Positions 34,582 through 43,701 of a stretch of DNA of 64,000 bases are shown in pieces. The DNA lies in NCBI GenBank assembly GCA_964571765.1, contig CAZNDH010000008.1, positions 141 through 64,140 of the forward strand. Direction: 5' to 3'. Under the pieces are notes generated by a model that did no database searches, was not told the DNA's origin, and saw only the letters and a list, made by a program, of their open reading frames with translations. The first letter of the stretch is position 1. Each line of letters opens with the position of its first letter. The stretch comes from an uncultured Acidimicrobiaceae bacterium (GTDB lineage: Bacteria; Actinomycetota; Acidimicrobiia; Spongiisociales; ZC4RG35). The translations under genes and the position numbers were made by a program.

Positions 34582-35198
34582 GCCACTGGCCGGATCCCAC
34601 CCAGGCCAGGGCCAGGGAGATCCTGTCCCGCTACCCGGAGAGGAGGTCGGCGGTGATGCCCCTGCTCTACCTGGCGATGTCCGAGGAGGGCTATCTCAGT
34701 GAGGAAGGCATGGCGGAGGTGGCCGATTGGTGCGGGATCACCCCCGCCCAGGTGCAGGCGGTTGCCTCGTTCTACACCATGTACAAACGCGAGCCCACCG
34801 GCCGCTACCTGATCTCCTGCTGCACTTCGATCAGCTGCATGCTCCTGGGTGCCGATGAGGTGCTCCATGCCCTCGAGGACGAATCGGGGGTCCCCCACGG
34901 GGAGACCGACCCCGAGGGTCTCGTCTCGGTGGAGCACGTGGAGTGCATTGGTGCCTGCGGCGGGGCGGTGGCCGTCCAGGTCAATTATGAGCTCATCGAG
35001 GGGGTCACCCCGGAGCGGGCCCGTTCCCTGGTCAACTGGCTGCGTGACGCCCGTCCCGGGACCTTGGTCTCCGACGAGATGCAGGGGCTCTTCGGTGGGA
35101 CCCGGTCGTTCGACTGGGCGATCAGGGAGAGCGTCGGCGCCACCGGCCCCTTCCCGGCCTTCCAGCCGCTGGGCACCGTCGGGGAGGACGCCAGGTGA
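34578..35198 (+). CDS. nuoE: NADH-quinone oxidoreductase subunit E
   Basis: [2Fe-2S] cysteine pattern in CCTSISCML and ECIGACG. The TTG start overlaps the nuoD stop. Confidence 0.9.
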   Translation: MSHWPDPTQARAREILSRYPERRSAVMPLLYLAMSEEGYLSEEGMAEVADWCGITPAQVQAVASFYTMYKREPTGRYLISCCTSISCMLLGADEVLHALEDESGVPHGETDPEGLVSVEHVECIGACGGAVAVQVNYELIEGVTPERARSLVNWLRDARPGTLVSDEMQGLFGGTRSFDWAIRESVGATGPFPAFQPLGTVGEDAR

Positions 35199-36637
35199 CC
35201 ACCCTTCTCGTCACCCGCCGAATGGTGGAGCACCCCACCGACTCCCACACCATCGAGCGCTACCTGGCTACCGGCGGGTATCAGCAGGCTCGCCGGGCCA
35301 TGGGGATGACCCGGGACCAGCTGATCGAGGAGGTCAAGGCGTCGGGTCTGCTGGGCAGGGGTGGGGCCGCCTTCTCCGCCGGCCTCAAGTGGAGCTTCCT
35401 CGCCCCGGCCAGGCCCGCCTATCTGGTGGTCAACGGGGACGAGTCCGAGCCGGGCACCTTCAAGGACCGCCAACTCCTCGAGCGCGACCCGCATCAGCTC
35501 ATCGAGGGGATCATCATCACCGCGGTGGCCAACGAGGTCCATCACGCCTTCGTCTACATCAGGGGCGAGTACTCCAAGCCGGCGAGACGGGTCCAGGCGG
35601 CGGTCGACGAGGCCTATGCCCAGGGCTTCCTGGGAGAGGGGATCTTCGGCACCGACTACGACCTGGAGGTGGTGATCCATCTCGGCGCCGGGGCCTACAT
35701 CTGCGGGGAGGAGACCGCCCTGATCAACTCCCTGGAAGGTCTAAGGGGCGAGCCCCGACTCAAGCCTCCCTATTTCCCGGCGGCCAAAGGCCTCTACATG
35801 ATGCCCACCATCGTCAACAACGTGGAGACGCTTTCCCACCTGCCACACATCATGGAGATGGGCGCCGACAGCTACGCCTCGGTCTCACCGAGCCCCGATA
35901 CCGGCACCTTCCTCATGTCGCTCTCCGGTCACCTCCGCCGGCCGGGCAACTACGAGCTGCCCCACGGGATCACCTGGCGGGAGCTGATCTACGACATCGG
36001 TGGAGGCATCCCCGGGGACAAGGCCCTCAAGGCGTGGATTCCCGGCGGAGCGTCGGCGCCATGGTTCGTGCCCGACCTCCATCTCGACCTCGAGGTCTCC
36101 AAGGACGCCACCGCCGCGGCCGGCTCGATGCTCGGCTCCGGTGCGGTGATCGTCATGGACGAGGACACCTGCATGGTGCGGGCCGCCGAGAGGGTGGTCC
36201 GCTTCTTCGCCCACGAGTCGTGCGGCCAGTGCACCCCTTGCCGCGAAGGCACCACCTGGCTGGAGATGATCCTGCGTCGCATCGAGGAAGGCACCGGGCG
36301 GGCGGTCGACCTCGACTTGATGGTCGACGTCAGCGACGGGATCAGCATCGGATTGGGCTGGCCTCCGAAGATGACCACCATCTGCCCGCTGGGCCCGTCG
36401 GCGGTGTCCCCGATCAAGGCGCTCAAGGACTACTTCCGCCACGAGATCGATGCCCACATCGCCCACGGTGGATGCCCGTTCGCGATGACCAATGGGGGGC
36501 CTCCCCCAGAGCCCGCCCCGCCGGGCGACGGCGGGGCCACCGAGGCTGGGCGATCAGCAGAGGCGGTCGGCGACCATGAGGATCACGAGGAAGGCAAGCA
36601 GCCGCCAGGTCCCCGCTCGATGGAGGAGGAGGAATGA
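35195..36637 (+). CDS. nuoF: NADH-quinone oxidoreductase subunit F
   Basis: GLLGRGGAAFSAGLKW (FMN/NADH site), YICGEETALINSLEG and ESCGQCTPCREG. Confidence 0.95.
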   Translation: MTTLLVTRRMVEHPTDSHTIERYLATGGYQQARRAMGMTRDQLIEEVKASGLLGRGGAAFSAGLKWSFLAPARPAYLVVNGDESEPGTFKDRQLLERDPHQLIEGIIITAVANEVHHAFVYIRGEYSKPARRVQAAVDEAYAQGFLGEGIFGTDYDLEVVIHLGAGAYICGEETALINSLEGLRGEPRLKPPYFPAAKGLYMMPTIVNNVETLSHLPHIMEMGADSYASVSPSPDTGTFLMSLSGHLRRPGNYELPHGITWRELIYDIGGGIPGDKALKAWIPGGASAPWFVPDLHLDLEVSKDATAAAGSMLGSGAVIVMDEDTCMVRAAERVVRFFAHESCGQCTPCREGTTWLEMILRRIEEGTGRAVDLDLMVDVSDGISIGLGWPPKMTTICPLGPSAVSPIKALKDYFRHEIDAHIAHGGCPFAMTNGGPPPEPAPPGDGGATEAGRSAEAVGDHEDHEEGKQPPGPRSMEEEE

Positions 36638-39063
36638 GCGACCCGGAGATGGTCATGATCACCATCGACGGGGTGGAGCGTGAGGTTCCCGCCGGGGAGC
36701 TGTTGATCAAGGCCGCCGAGGACGAGGGCACCTACATCCCCCGCTTCTGCTGGCATCCGCGGATGGCCCCGGTGGGCATGTGCCGGATGTGCCTGGTCGA
36801 GATCGACACTCCACGCGGCCCGGCGATGGTCACCGCCTGCACCACCACCGTGGCCGAGGGGATGGCGGTCGACACCGTCGGTGACGAGGTGAAGAAGGCA
36901 CAGGAGGCCATCCTCGAGTTCCTCCTGGCCAACCATCCCCTCGACTGCCCGGTTTGCGACAGAGGAGGCGAGTGCCCCCTCCAGGACCAAGCTCTCTCCC
37001 ATGGTCCGGGGGAGAGCCGGTTCGTCGAGATCAAGCGGACCTACGAGAAGCCGATTCCGATATCCGACCTGGTCCTCCTCGACCGGGAGCGGTGCATCCT
37101 CTGCGCCCGCTGTACCCGGTTCTCCGACGAGATCTCCGGCGACCCGCTGATCGAGTTCAAGGAGCGGGCCAACGTGACCGAGGTCAACACCTTCCCCGAC
37201 CTGCCCTTCTCCTCCTACTTCTCGGGGAATACCGTCCAGATCTGCCCGGTGGGGGCGCTGACCGCCAGACCCTACCGTTTCAAGGCCCGACCCTGGGACC
37301 TGGCAAGAGTGGAGAGCTCGTCGTTGTTCGACACCGCCCATCCCCGGGTGGAGGTCCATGCCAGCCAGAACGTGATCCTCCGGATCACCGGGGTCGACAA
37401 CGATGCCACCAACCACGGCTGGCTCTCCGACAAGGCCCGCTTCGGGTTCGAGCATCTCGACGTGCCGGAGCGGCTGACCACCCCCCTGGTCCGCCGCGAC
37501 GGCGAGCTGGTCGCCGTGGGGTGGCACGAGGCACTGGAGATCGCCGCCAACCGACTCGACCTGATCCGCGCCGATGACGGCGGCGAGGCCCTGGCGGTGA
37601 TCGGAGGCGCCCAGGGGACCAACGAGGACGCCTACGCCATCTCCAAGTTCGCCCGGGTGGCCCTGGGCACCAACCACGTCGACTGTCGTGTGGACGATGC
37701 CCTGGGCTCGCACTTTCTCGCAGCCACCGTGGATCGGGCCCTGATCGCCGACCTGGACCGGGCCGACACCATCCTGGTTTGGGGTCCCGACCTCAAGGAG
37801 GAGCACCCGACGCTGTACCTCCGGGTGCGCCGCGCCGTCCAGGACCTGGGAGCCACCCTGGTGGTGGTCCATCCCCGGGCCACCGGTCTCGACGACCGGG
37901 CTGCCATCAAGCTCCACTACCGCCCCGGAGGCGGGTTCGACCTGCTCGACGCCATCGCCGACGGCTCCCACCCGGAGGTGAGCCGGGCCCTGACCGCCGA
38001 GCGGGTGGTTGCCCTGGTGGGGACGACCGGGGTGACCGACGGCAGGCGACTTCCCGAGTCGGTAGCCGCCCTGGTCCGTCAGAAGGCGGCAACCTGTCGG
38101 ATCCTTCCCCTCAACTCGCGGGCCAACACCTACGGGGCCCTGGACATGGGTCTTGCTCCCGACCTGCTCCCCGGCAGGGTGGCTCTCGACGCCGGGGCGG
38201 CCGCCACCCTGGAAGCCTGGTGGGGCCCGGTCCCATCCCGACAGGGGCGCGACACCGGTGGAATCCTCGAGGGGCTGGTCAGCGGTGAGGTGCGCGGTCT
38301 GATCTTGGTGGGGGCCGATCCCTTGGGCGACGTCCCCGACCGTGCGCTGGCCGTCGAGGCCATCGACGCCGCCGAGTACCTGGTCTCGATGGACACCTTC
38401 CTCCACGACTCCAACCGGGACGCAGACCTGATCCTGCCCGCAGCCACCTTCACCGAGAAGGACGGCACGGTGACCAACGTCGAGGGGCGGGTGCAGCGTC
38501 TCAACCAGCTGAGACCGCCTCCCGGCCAGGCACGGGTCGACTGGGCGGTCCTCGAGGACCTGGCGACCCTTCTCGGCAATGGCCTGGGCCTGGTCTCGGC
38601 GGAGACGGTGACCAAGGAGATCTCTGAGGTGGCTCCGGTCTACCGCGGGATCACCTGGGATCTCCTCGACTGGGACCAGCGCGACGGGGTGGTGGTCCCA
38701 CTCGAGGGTTCCCAACCACTGAGCCACATCCCGGTGGCGCTCGAGGGCAACCGGGCACCGTCGGCGGAACTGGTCCTCCATGCCGCCCGGGTGATGTACG
38801 ACGACGGGGTCCGCCTCCGCCATTCTGCATCGTTGCACCATCTCGCCCCGGGGCCGGTAGCCCATATCAGCCCTGGAGACGCGCCCGGCCTCGGCGCCCG
38901 GGAGGGGTCTCCGCTGAGGCTGGTGACCAAGACCGGCGAGGGGGACTTCCGCGCGATCGTCGACGAGAGCACCCCCCGCGGTGTGGTCTACGTCCCCCTC
39001 AACCAGCCAGGTGCCGCTGCCCTCGGCACCGACCCGGTAGTCAGGGTGAAGGTGGTGACATGA
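36634..39063 (+). CDS. nuoG: NADH-quinone oxidoreductase subunit G
   Basis: N-terminal [2Fe-2S] and [4Fe-4S] motifs (CRMCLVEID, HPLDCPVCDRGGEC, CILCARCTRF) plus a molybdopterin-oxidoreductase-like body. Confidence 0.95.
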   Translation: MSDPEMVMITIDGVEREVPAGELLIKAAEDEGTYIPRFCWHPRMAPVGMCRMCLVEIDTPRGPAMVTACTTTVAEGMAVDTVGDEVKKAQEAILEFLLANHPLDCPVCDRGGECPLQDQALSHGPGESRFVEIKRTYEKPIPISDLVLLDRERCILCARCTRFSDEISGDPLIEFKERANVTEVNTFPDLPFSSYFSGNTVQICPVGALTARPYRFKARPWDLARVESSSLFDTAHPRVEVHASQNVILRITGVDNDATNHGWLSDKARFGFEHLDVPERLTTPLVRRDGELVAVGWHEALEIAANRLDLIRADDGGEALAVIGGAQGTNEDAYAISKFARVALGTNHVDCRVDDALGSHFLAATVDRALIADLDRADTILVWGPDLKEEHPTLYLRVRRAVQDLGATLVVVHPRATGLDDRAAIKLHYRPGGGFDLLDAIADGSHPEVSRALTAERVVALVGTTGVTDGRRLPESVAALVRQKAATCRILPLNSRANTYGALDMGLAPDLLPGRVALDAGAAATLEAWWGPVPSRQGRDTGGILEGLVSGEVRGLILVGADPLGDVPDRALAVEAIDAAEYLVSMDTFLHDSNRDADLILPAATFTEKDGTVTNVEGRVQRLNQLRPPPGQARVDWAVLEDLATLLGNGLGLVSAETVTKEISEVAPVYRGITWDLLDWDQRDGVVVPLEGSQPLSHIPVALEGNRAPSAELVLHAARVMYDDGVRLRHSASLHHLAPGPVAHISPGDAPGLGAREGSPLRLVTKTGEGDFRAIVDESTPRGVVYVPLNQPGAAALGTDPVVRVKVVT

Positions 39064-40154
39064 GCTGGCCCGGGTTCTGGATCGTGGTCCTCCGGGTGGT
39101 CCTCACCTTCGGATTGCTGCTGACGGTCACGGTGATCAACGTGTGGGCCGAGCGAAAGATCCTGGCCGACATGCAGAGCCGGCTGGGGCCCACCCGGGCT
39201 GGTCCCTGGGGGATCCTGCAGACGGTGGCCGACGGGCTCAAGCTGTTCTTCAAGGAGTCGGTGACCCCGCGCAAGGTCGAGCTGGGGATGTACATGCTCG
39301 CACCGTTCCTCGCGGTGATCCCCGCCTTCCTCATCTTCATGGTTATCCCCTGGGGCCGCCCCTTCAGCATCGGAGGCCATGAGGTGGCCCTGCAGGGGAC
39401 CGACCTCAACGTCGGGCTGCTCTTCATCCTGGCGATGTCGTCCATGGCGGTGTACGCCGTGGTCCTGGCCGGCTGGTCCTCGGGCTCGAAGTACCCACTG
39501 ATCGGGGGGGTGCGGGCCACCGCCCAGGCGATCTCCTATGAAGCAGCCATGGGGCTGTCCATGGTGGCGGTGGTCCTGTTCACCGCCACGCAGGGAGAGG
39601 GAGGCACCCTCTCCCTGGCCGAAATCGTGGCTCGCCAGTCGGGCAACTGGGGCGACGTCCTCCCGGTCTTCTCGGTGGTTCCCCGTTGGAACCTGTTTCC
39701 CCAGCTGGCGGCGTTCGCCATCTTCATGATCGCCATCGTCGCCGAGACGAACCGGGCCCCCTTCGACCTGGTCGAAGCAGAGCAGGAGATCGTCGGCGGG
39801 TTCCACACCGAGTACTCCGGGATGAGGTTCGCCATGTTCTTCCTCGCCGAGTACATCAACATCTTCTCGATGTCGGCGCTGGCCGCCACCCTGTTCCTCG
39901 GCGGCTGGAACGGGCCCACCTTCGACGGTGTCCTGCCCGGGTTCGTCTCCGGGCTGCTGCCCACGGTGTGGTTCCTGCTCAAGACCTACCTCATCGTCTT
40001 CGTCTTCTTCTGGATCCGGGCGACGCTGCCCCGGCTGAGATACGACCAACTGATGACCTTGGGCTGGAAACGGCTCATCCCGGCGGCACTGGCCTGGATC
40101 GTGGTGTCGAGCGTGGTCATGGGGTGGAGGCAATTCGGAGCACCCTGGAGCTGA
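39060..40154 (+). CDS. nuoH: NADH-quinone oxidoreductase subunit H (operon 1)
   Basis: AERKILADMQSRLGP, GWSSGSKYPLIGG and ETNRAPFDLVEAEQEIVGGFHTEYSG. Confidence 0.95.
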   Translation: MSWPGFWIVVLRVVLTFGLLLTVTVINVWAERKILADMQSRLGPTRAGPWGILQTVADGLKLFFKESVTPRKVELGMYMLAPFLAVIPAFLIFMVIPWGRPFSIGGHEVALQGTDLNVGLLFILAMSSMAVYAVVLAGWSSGSKYPLIGGVRATAQAISYEAAMGLSMVAVVLFTATQGEGGTLSLAEIVARQSGNWGDVLPVFSVVPRWNLFPQLAAFAIFMIAIVAETNRAPFDLVEAEQEIVGGFHTEYSGMRFAMFFLAEYINIFSMSALAATLFLGGWNGPTFDGVLPGFVSGLLPTVWFLLKTYLIVFVFFWIRATLPRLRYDQLMTLGWKRLIPAALAWIVVSSVVMGWRQFGAPWS

Positions 40155-40155
40155 C

Positions 40156-40800
40156 ATGGGAATCATCACCGAGCTGATCAAGGGACTGGCGGTCACCGGC
40201 AAGACCATGTTGGGGACCATCACGGGCAAGGAGCTGGTCACGACCCCCTATCCCGATGTGATGAGAGAGAAGCCCCAACGCTTCCACGGGCGTCACGTCC
40301 TCAACCGCTACCCGGATGGGATGGAGAAGTGCATCGGCTGCCAGCTGTGCGCTGGGGCCTGCCCCGCCGATTGCATCTACGTGCGGGGGATGGACAACGA
40401 CCCCGAGCACCCGACCTCGCCTGGGGAGCGCTTCGGCTACGTCTACGAGATCAACATGCTCCGCTGCATCTTCTGCGGCCTGTGTGTCGAGGCTTGCCCC
40501 ACCGAGGCGATCACCATGACCCACCTCTTCGAGATGTCGACCACCACCCGCGAGGACGCCATCTACACCAAGGAGACGCTGCTCATGGACGACCGGGGCC
40601 GGGTGCCCCACATGTTCCCCGACGATCCTCTCGCCGACCTCGCCGAGCTCGACCGGGCTGACGGGTGGCTCCGGGCCACCTCCCCTGCCGGGATTGCCGC
40701 CTACCAGGGCGAGGTGATGTGGCAGGGGACGCCGGGGCCGGCGGAATGGGATCCCGAGCCGTCCCAGGAGGCAGGCGACCGCCGAGGGACGTCCGGATGA
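40156..40800 (+). CDS. nuoI: NADH-quinone oxidoreductase subunit I (operon 1)
   Basis: CIGCQLCAGACP and CIFCGLCVEACP. Confidence 0.95.
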   Translation: MGIITELIKGLAVTGKTMLGTITGKELVTTPYPDVMREKPQRFHGRHVLNRYPDGMEKCIGCQLCAGACPADCIYVRGMDNDPEHPTSPGERFGYVYEINMLRCIFCGLCVEACPTEAITMTHLFEMSTTTREDAIYTKETLLMDDRGRVPHMFPDDPLADLAELDRADGWLRATSPAGIAAYQGEVMWQGTPGPAEWDPEPSQEAGDRRGTSG

Positions 40801-41321
40801 TCGAGGCGATCCTCTTCGTCCTGATGGGGACGACCGCGGTCGCCGGGGGGGTCGCCGTGGTGATCGCCCGCAACCCGGTGTACTCGGCAATGGGCCTTCT
40901 GGCCACACTGTTCTCGGTGGCGGTGCTCTATGTAGTCCATCTCGCCCATCTGGTTGCCGCGGTCCAGGTCATCGTGTACGCCGGGGCGGTGATGACCCTG
41001 TTCCTCTTCGTCATCATGCTCATTGGGGTAGACAAGAGCGAGACCCGTGATGAGCGCCTCCCCTACCAGCGGTTGATCGTCATCGTGCTCGGGATGCTCA
41101 TCGTCGCCGGTGGTATCGGGATCACCGTGTTCGGTGACTTCGACTGGGTGCCGGCAGCGGCCGCCTCGATGTCGCCGGAGGCCACCAACGGCACCGTGCA
41201 GGCGGTGGCCGAGCCGCTGTTCACCGAGTGGGTGCTCGCCTTTCAGGCGACCGCCTTGCTCCTCACCATCGCCGCCGCCGGTGCCGTCGCCCTGGCCCAC
41301 TTCCGCCGGAGGGGGAGCTGA
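40797..41321 (+). CDS. nuoJ: NADH-quinone oxidoreductase subunit J (operon 1)
   Basis: ATGA overlap with nuo[23 protein letters not shown]...[19 protein letters not shown]. Confidence 0.9.
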   Translation: MIEAILFVLMGTTAVAGGVAVVIARNPVYSAMGLLATLFSVAVLYVVHLAHLVAAVQVIVYAGAVMTLFLFVIMLIGVDKSETRDERLPYQRLIVIVLGMLIVAGGIGITVFGDFDWVPAAAASMSPEATNGTVQAVAEPLFTEWVLAFQATALLLTIAAAGAVALAHFRRRGS

Positions 41322-41623
41322 TGGTCGATCCCGGCTGGTACATGTCCCTCGCTGCCGCCCTCTTCACCATCGGCGCCCTGGGCATGCTGGTGCGTCGCAA
41401 CGCCCTGGTGATGTTCATGTGCATCGAGCTGATGCTCAACGCGGTCAACCTCACCCTCATCGCGGCGGGGCGGGCTCTCAACGACATCGCCGGCCAAGTT
41501 GCGGTGTTCTTCATCCTGGTGGTGGCCGCCGCCGAGGTGGTGGTCGGGTTGGCGATCATCGTCTCCATCTTCCGGCTCCGTTCGACCGCCTCCGTAGACG
41601 AGCTGGCGGAGCTCCGAGGATGA
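41321..41623 (+). CDS. nuoK: NADH-quinone oxidoreductase subunit K (operon 1)
   Basis: [11 protein letters not shown]...[17 protein letters not shown]. Confidence 0.9.
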   Translation: MVDPGWYMSLAAALFTIGALGMLVRRNALVMFMCIELMLNAVNLTLIAAGRALNDIAGQVAVFFILVVAAAEVVVGLAIIVSIFRLRSTASVDELAELRG

Positions 41624-41678
41624 GCTCGCTTCACTCGCTCATCCTCGGTACCAAGTTCCAAATACTGGGGGTCACGGA

Positions 41679-43565
41679 GTGACCTCCCTCCTCTGGCTGA
41701 TAATCGCTCTCCCGCTCGGCGGGGCACTGTTCCTCCACTTCGCCGGGAGGTTCCTCAGGGAGCCACTACCGGGGTGGCTGGCCACCGCGGCCATGTCGGG
41801 GTCCTTTCTGATTGCTTTGGCCGCCGCCATTCCCTTCTTCCGGGGCGACGGACCCACCGAGACCCTGCTCCTCTGGGAGTGGATGCCGGCGATCGGGGCC
41901 AATCTGGAGATCCAATGGGACCCGCTGTCGGCACTGATGACCCTGGTGGTCACCGGGGTGGGCTCGTTGATCCACCTGTTCTCCATCGGCTACATGCATG
42001 GCGACGATCGGTTCGGCCGGTTCTTCACCTACCTCAACCTCTTCGCTGCCTCGATGCTCACCCTGGTCCTCGCCGGCAACTTCGCCATGCTCTTCCTCGG
42101 CTGGGAGCTGGTGGGGCTGTGCTCCTACCTGCTCATCGGGTTCTGGTTCACCCGGCACTCGGCGGCCGGGGCCGCCAAGAAGGCGTTCGTGGTCAACCGG
42201 ATCGGCGACCTCGGCCTGATGGTGGGGCTGATGCTGGTGTTCGCCACATTCGGCACCCTGTCCTACACCGGGGTCCTCGACCGGGCCGATGAGCTGTCAA
42301 CCGCCACGGCGACCGCCATCGGCCTCCTCTTCCTCCTCGGGGCGGCGGGCAAGTCGGCGCAGATCCCCCTCTACGTGTGGCTTCCCGACGCCATGGAAGG
42401 CCCCACCCCGGTGTCGGCCCTGATCCACGCGGCCACCATGGTCACCGCCGGGGTCTACCTGGTGGCCCGCTCGGCGGCCATCTTCGACCTGTCCGAGGTG
42501 GCCCAGGTGACGGTGGCCACCGTGGGCGCCGTCACCGCCCTGTGGGCGGCATCGATCGCCCTGGCCCAGCGTGACATCAAGAAAGTCCTTGCCTACTCCA
42601 CGGTGTCTCAACTCGGGTTCATGTTCCTCGCGGTGGGTGCCACCGCCTATGTGGCCGGGATATTCCACCTGATGACACACGCCTTCTTCAAGGCGCTGCT
42701 CTTCCTCGGGGCCGGTGCGGTGATCCACGGCATGTCCGGGGAGCAGGACATGCGCCGCATGGGCGGGCTCTTCACGCGGATGCGGGTCACTGCGGTGACC
42801 ATGGCCATCGGCGTCCTCGCCATTTCGGGCATCCCCCCCCTGGCCGGGTTCTGGTCGAAGGACGAGATCGTCGCCAGCGCTTTCGCCCGCAGCGGGTGGT
42901 TCGGCGCCCTCATGGTGGTGGCCCTCTTGGCCGCGGTGCTGACAGCCTTCTACATGACCCGTCTCTGGGTGATGGTGTTTCTCGGTCAGCCCCGCTGGGA
43001 CGAGGCCGAGGTCCATCCCCATGAGGCGCCCCGGGTGATGACCCTCCCCCTGGTGGCCCTGGCCGGGCTCACCCTGGTCGGCGGTCTGATCAACACCCCG
43101 TTCCGCTACACCCTGGAGCACTTCCTCGAGCCGGCCTTCGAGGGTGTCGCCATGCAGCACCCTCCGGAGGGGTGGTTGATGTTCACCGTCCTCGCCGGGG
43201 TCTCGGTGCTCGCCGGGGTGGCCGGGATCGCCGCCGCCTTCTTGGCCTACCACCGTCCCGAGGAGCAGTGGCTCGACTTCGAGGACAGCCTCCAGCCGGT
43301 GTGGGGGGCCTGGGAGGGCGCCTATCGGGTCGACGATCTGTACGGGGCGGCCATCGTCGCCCCCGGCCGCAAGGCCGCCGGGTGGGCCGCCTTCTCGGTC
43401 GACGTCCCCGTGATCGACGGGCTGGTCAACGGGGTGGGCCGGGTGGTGCGTGGCGTCGGTGACACGGTGCGGCAGCTCCAGACCGGCCAGGTGCGGACCT
43501 ACGGCGCCCTGCTCCTCACCGGCGGCATCGCAGTGGTCCTTTGGCTGGTGGCGACAGGCTCATGA
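41679..43565 (+). CDS. nuoL: NADH-quinone oxidoreductase subunit L (operon 1)
   Basis: LGWELVGLCSYLLIGFW, GKSAQIPLYVWLPDAMEGPTPVSALIHAATMV and STVSQLGFM. Confidence 0.95.
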   Translation: MTSLLWLIIALPLGGALFLHFAGRFLREPLPGWLATAAMSGSFLIALAAAIPFFRGDGPTETLLLWEWMPAIGANLEIQWDPLSALMTLVVTGVGSLIHLFSIGYMHGDDRFGRFFTYLNLFAASMLTLVLAGNFAMLFLGWELVGLCSYLLIGFWFTRHSAAGAAKKAFVVNRIGDLGLMVGLMLVFATFGTLSYTGVLDRADELSTATATAIGLLFLLGAAGKSAQIPLYVWLPDAMEGPTPVSALIHAATMVTAGVYLVARSAAIFDLSEVAQVTVATVGAVTALWAASIALAQRDIKKVLAYSTVSQLGFMFLAVGATAYVAGIFHLMTHAFFKALLFLGAGAVIHGMSGEQDMRRMGGLFTRMRVTAVTMAIGVLAISGIPPLAGFWSKDEIVASAFARSGWFGALMVVALLAAVLTAFYMTRLWVMVFLGQPRWDEAEVHPHEAPRVMTLPLVALAGLTLVGGLINTPFRYTLEHFLEPAFEGVAMQHPPEGWLMFTVLAGVSVLAGVAGIAAAFLAYHRPEEQWLDFEDSLQPVWGAWEGAYRVDDLYGAAIVAPGRKAAGWAAFSVDVPVIDGLVNGVGRVVRGVGDTVRQLQTGQVRTYGALLLTGGIAVVLWLVATGS

Positions 43566-43701
43566 GATTGCTGAGCAACCTCATGGGTCGTACTCGGTAC
43601 CCCGTACCGGGGATCTCGACTCCCCTTCCCCTGCTGGCGGAGTGGGCGATACGGGTGCGCCGAGCGAGCCGGGTAGGGAGCGGAGCAGAGCGGAGCGACC
43701 G

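Noticed and set aside
34849-38865. Very long alternative-frame or antisense ORFs, e.g. 34849-36579 (+, 576 aa), 36583-38865 (-, 760 aa), 45171-46781 (-, 536 aa), 48127-49935 (-, 602 aa), 14997-16211 (-, 404 aa), 13661-14875 (-, 404 aa).
   Set aside because: Each overlaps a gene with unmistakable family motifs (nuoF, nuoG, nuoN, moaA, asparaginase, M23 peptidase). Their own translations are low-complexity Arg/Pro/Gly-rich.
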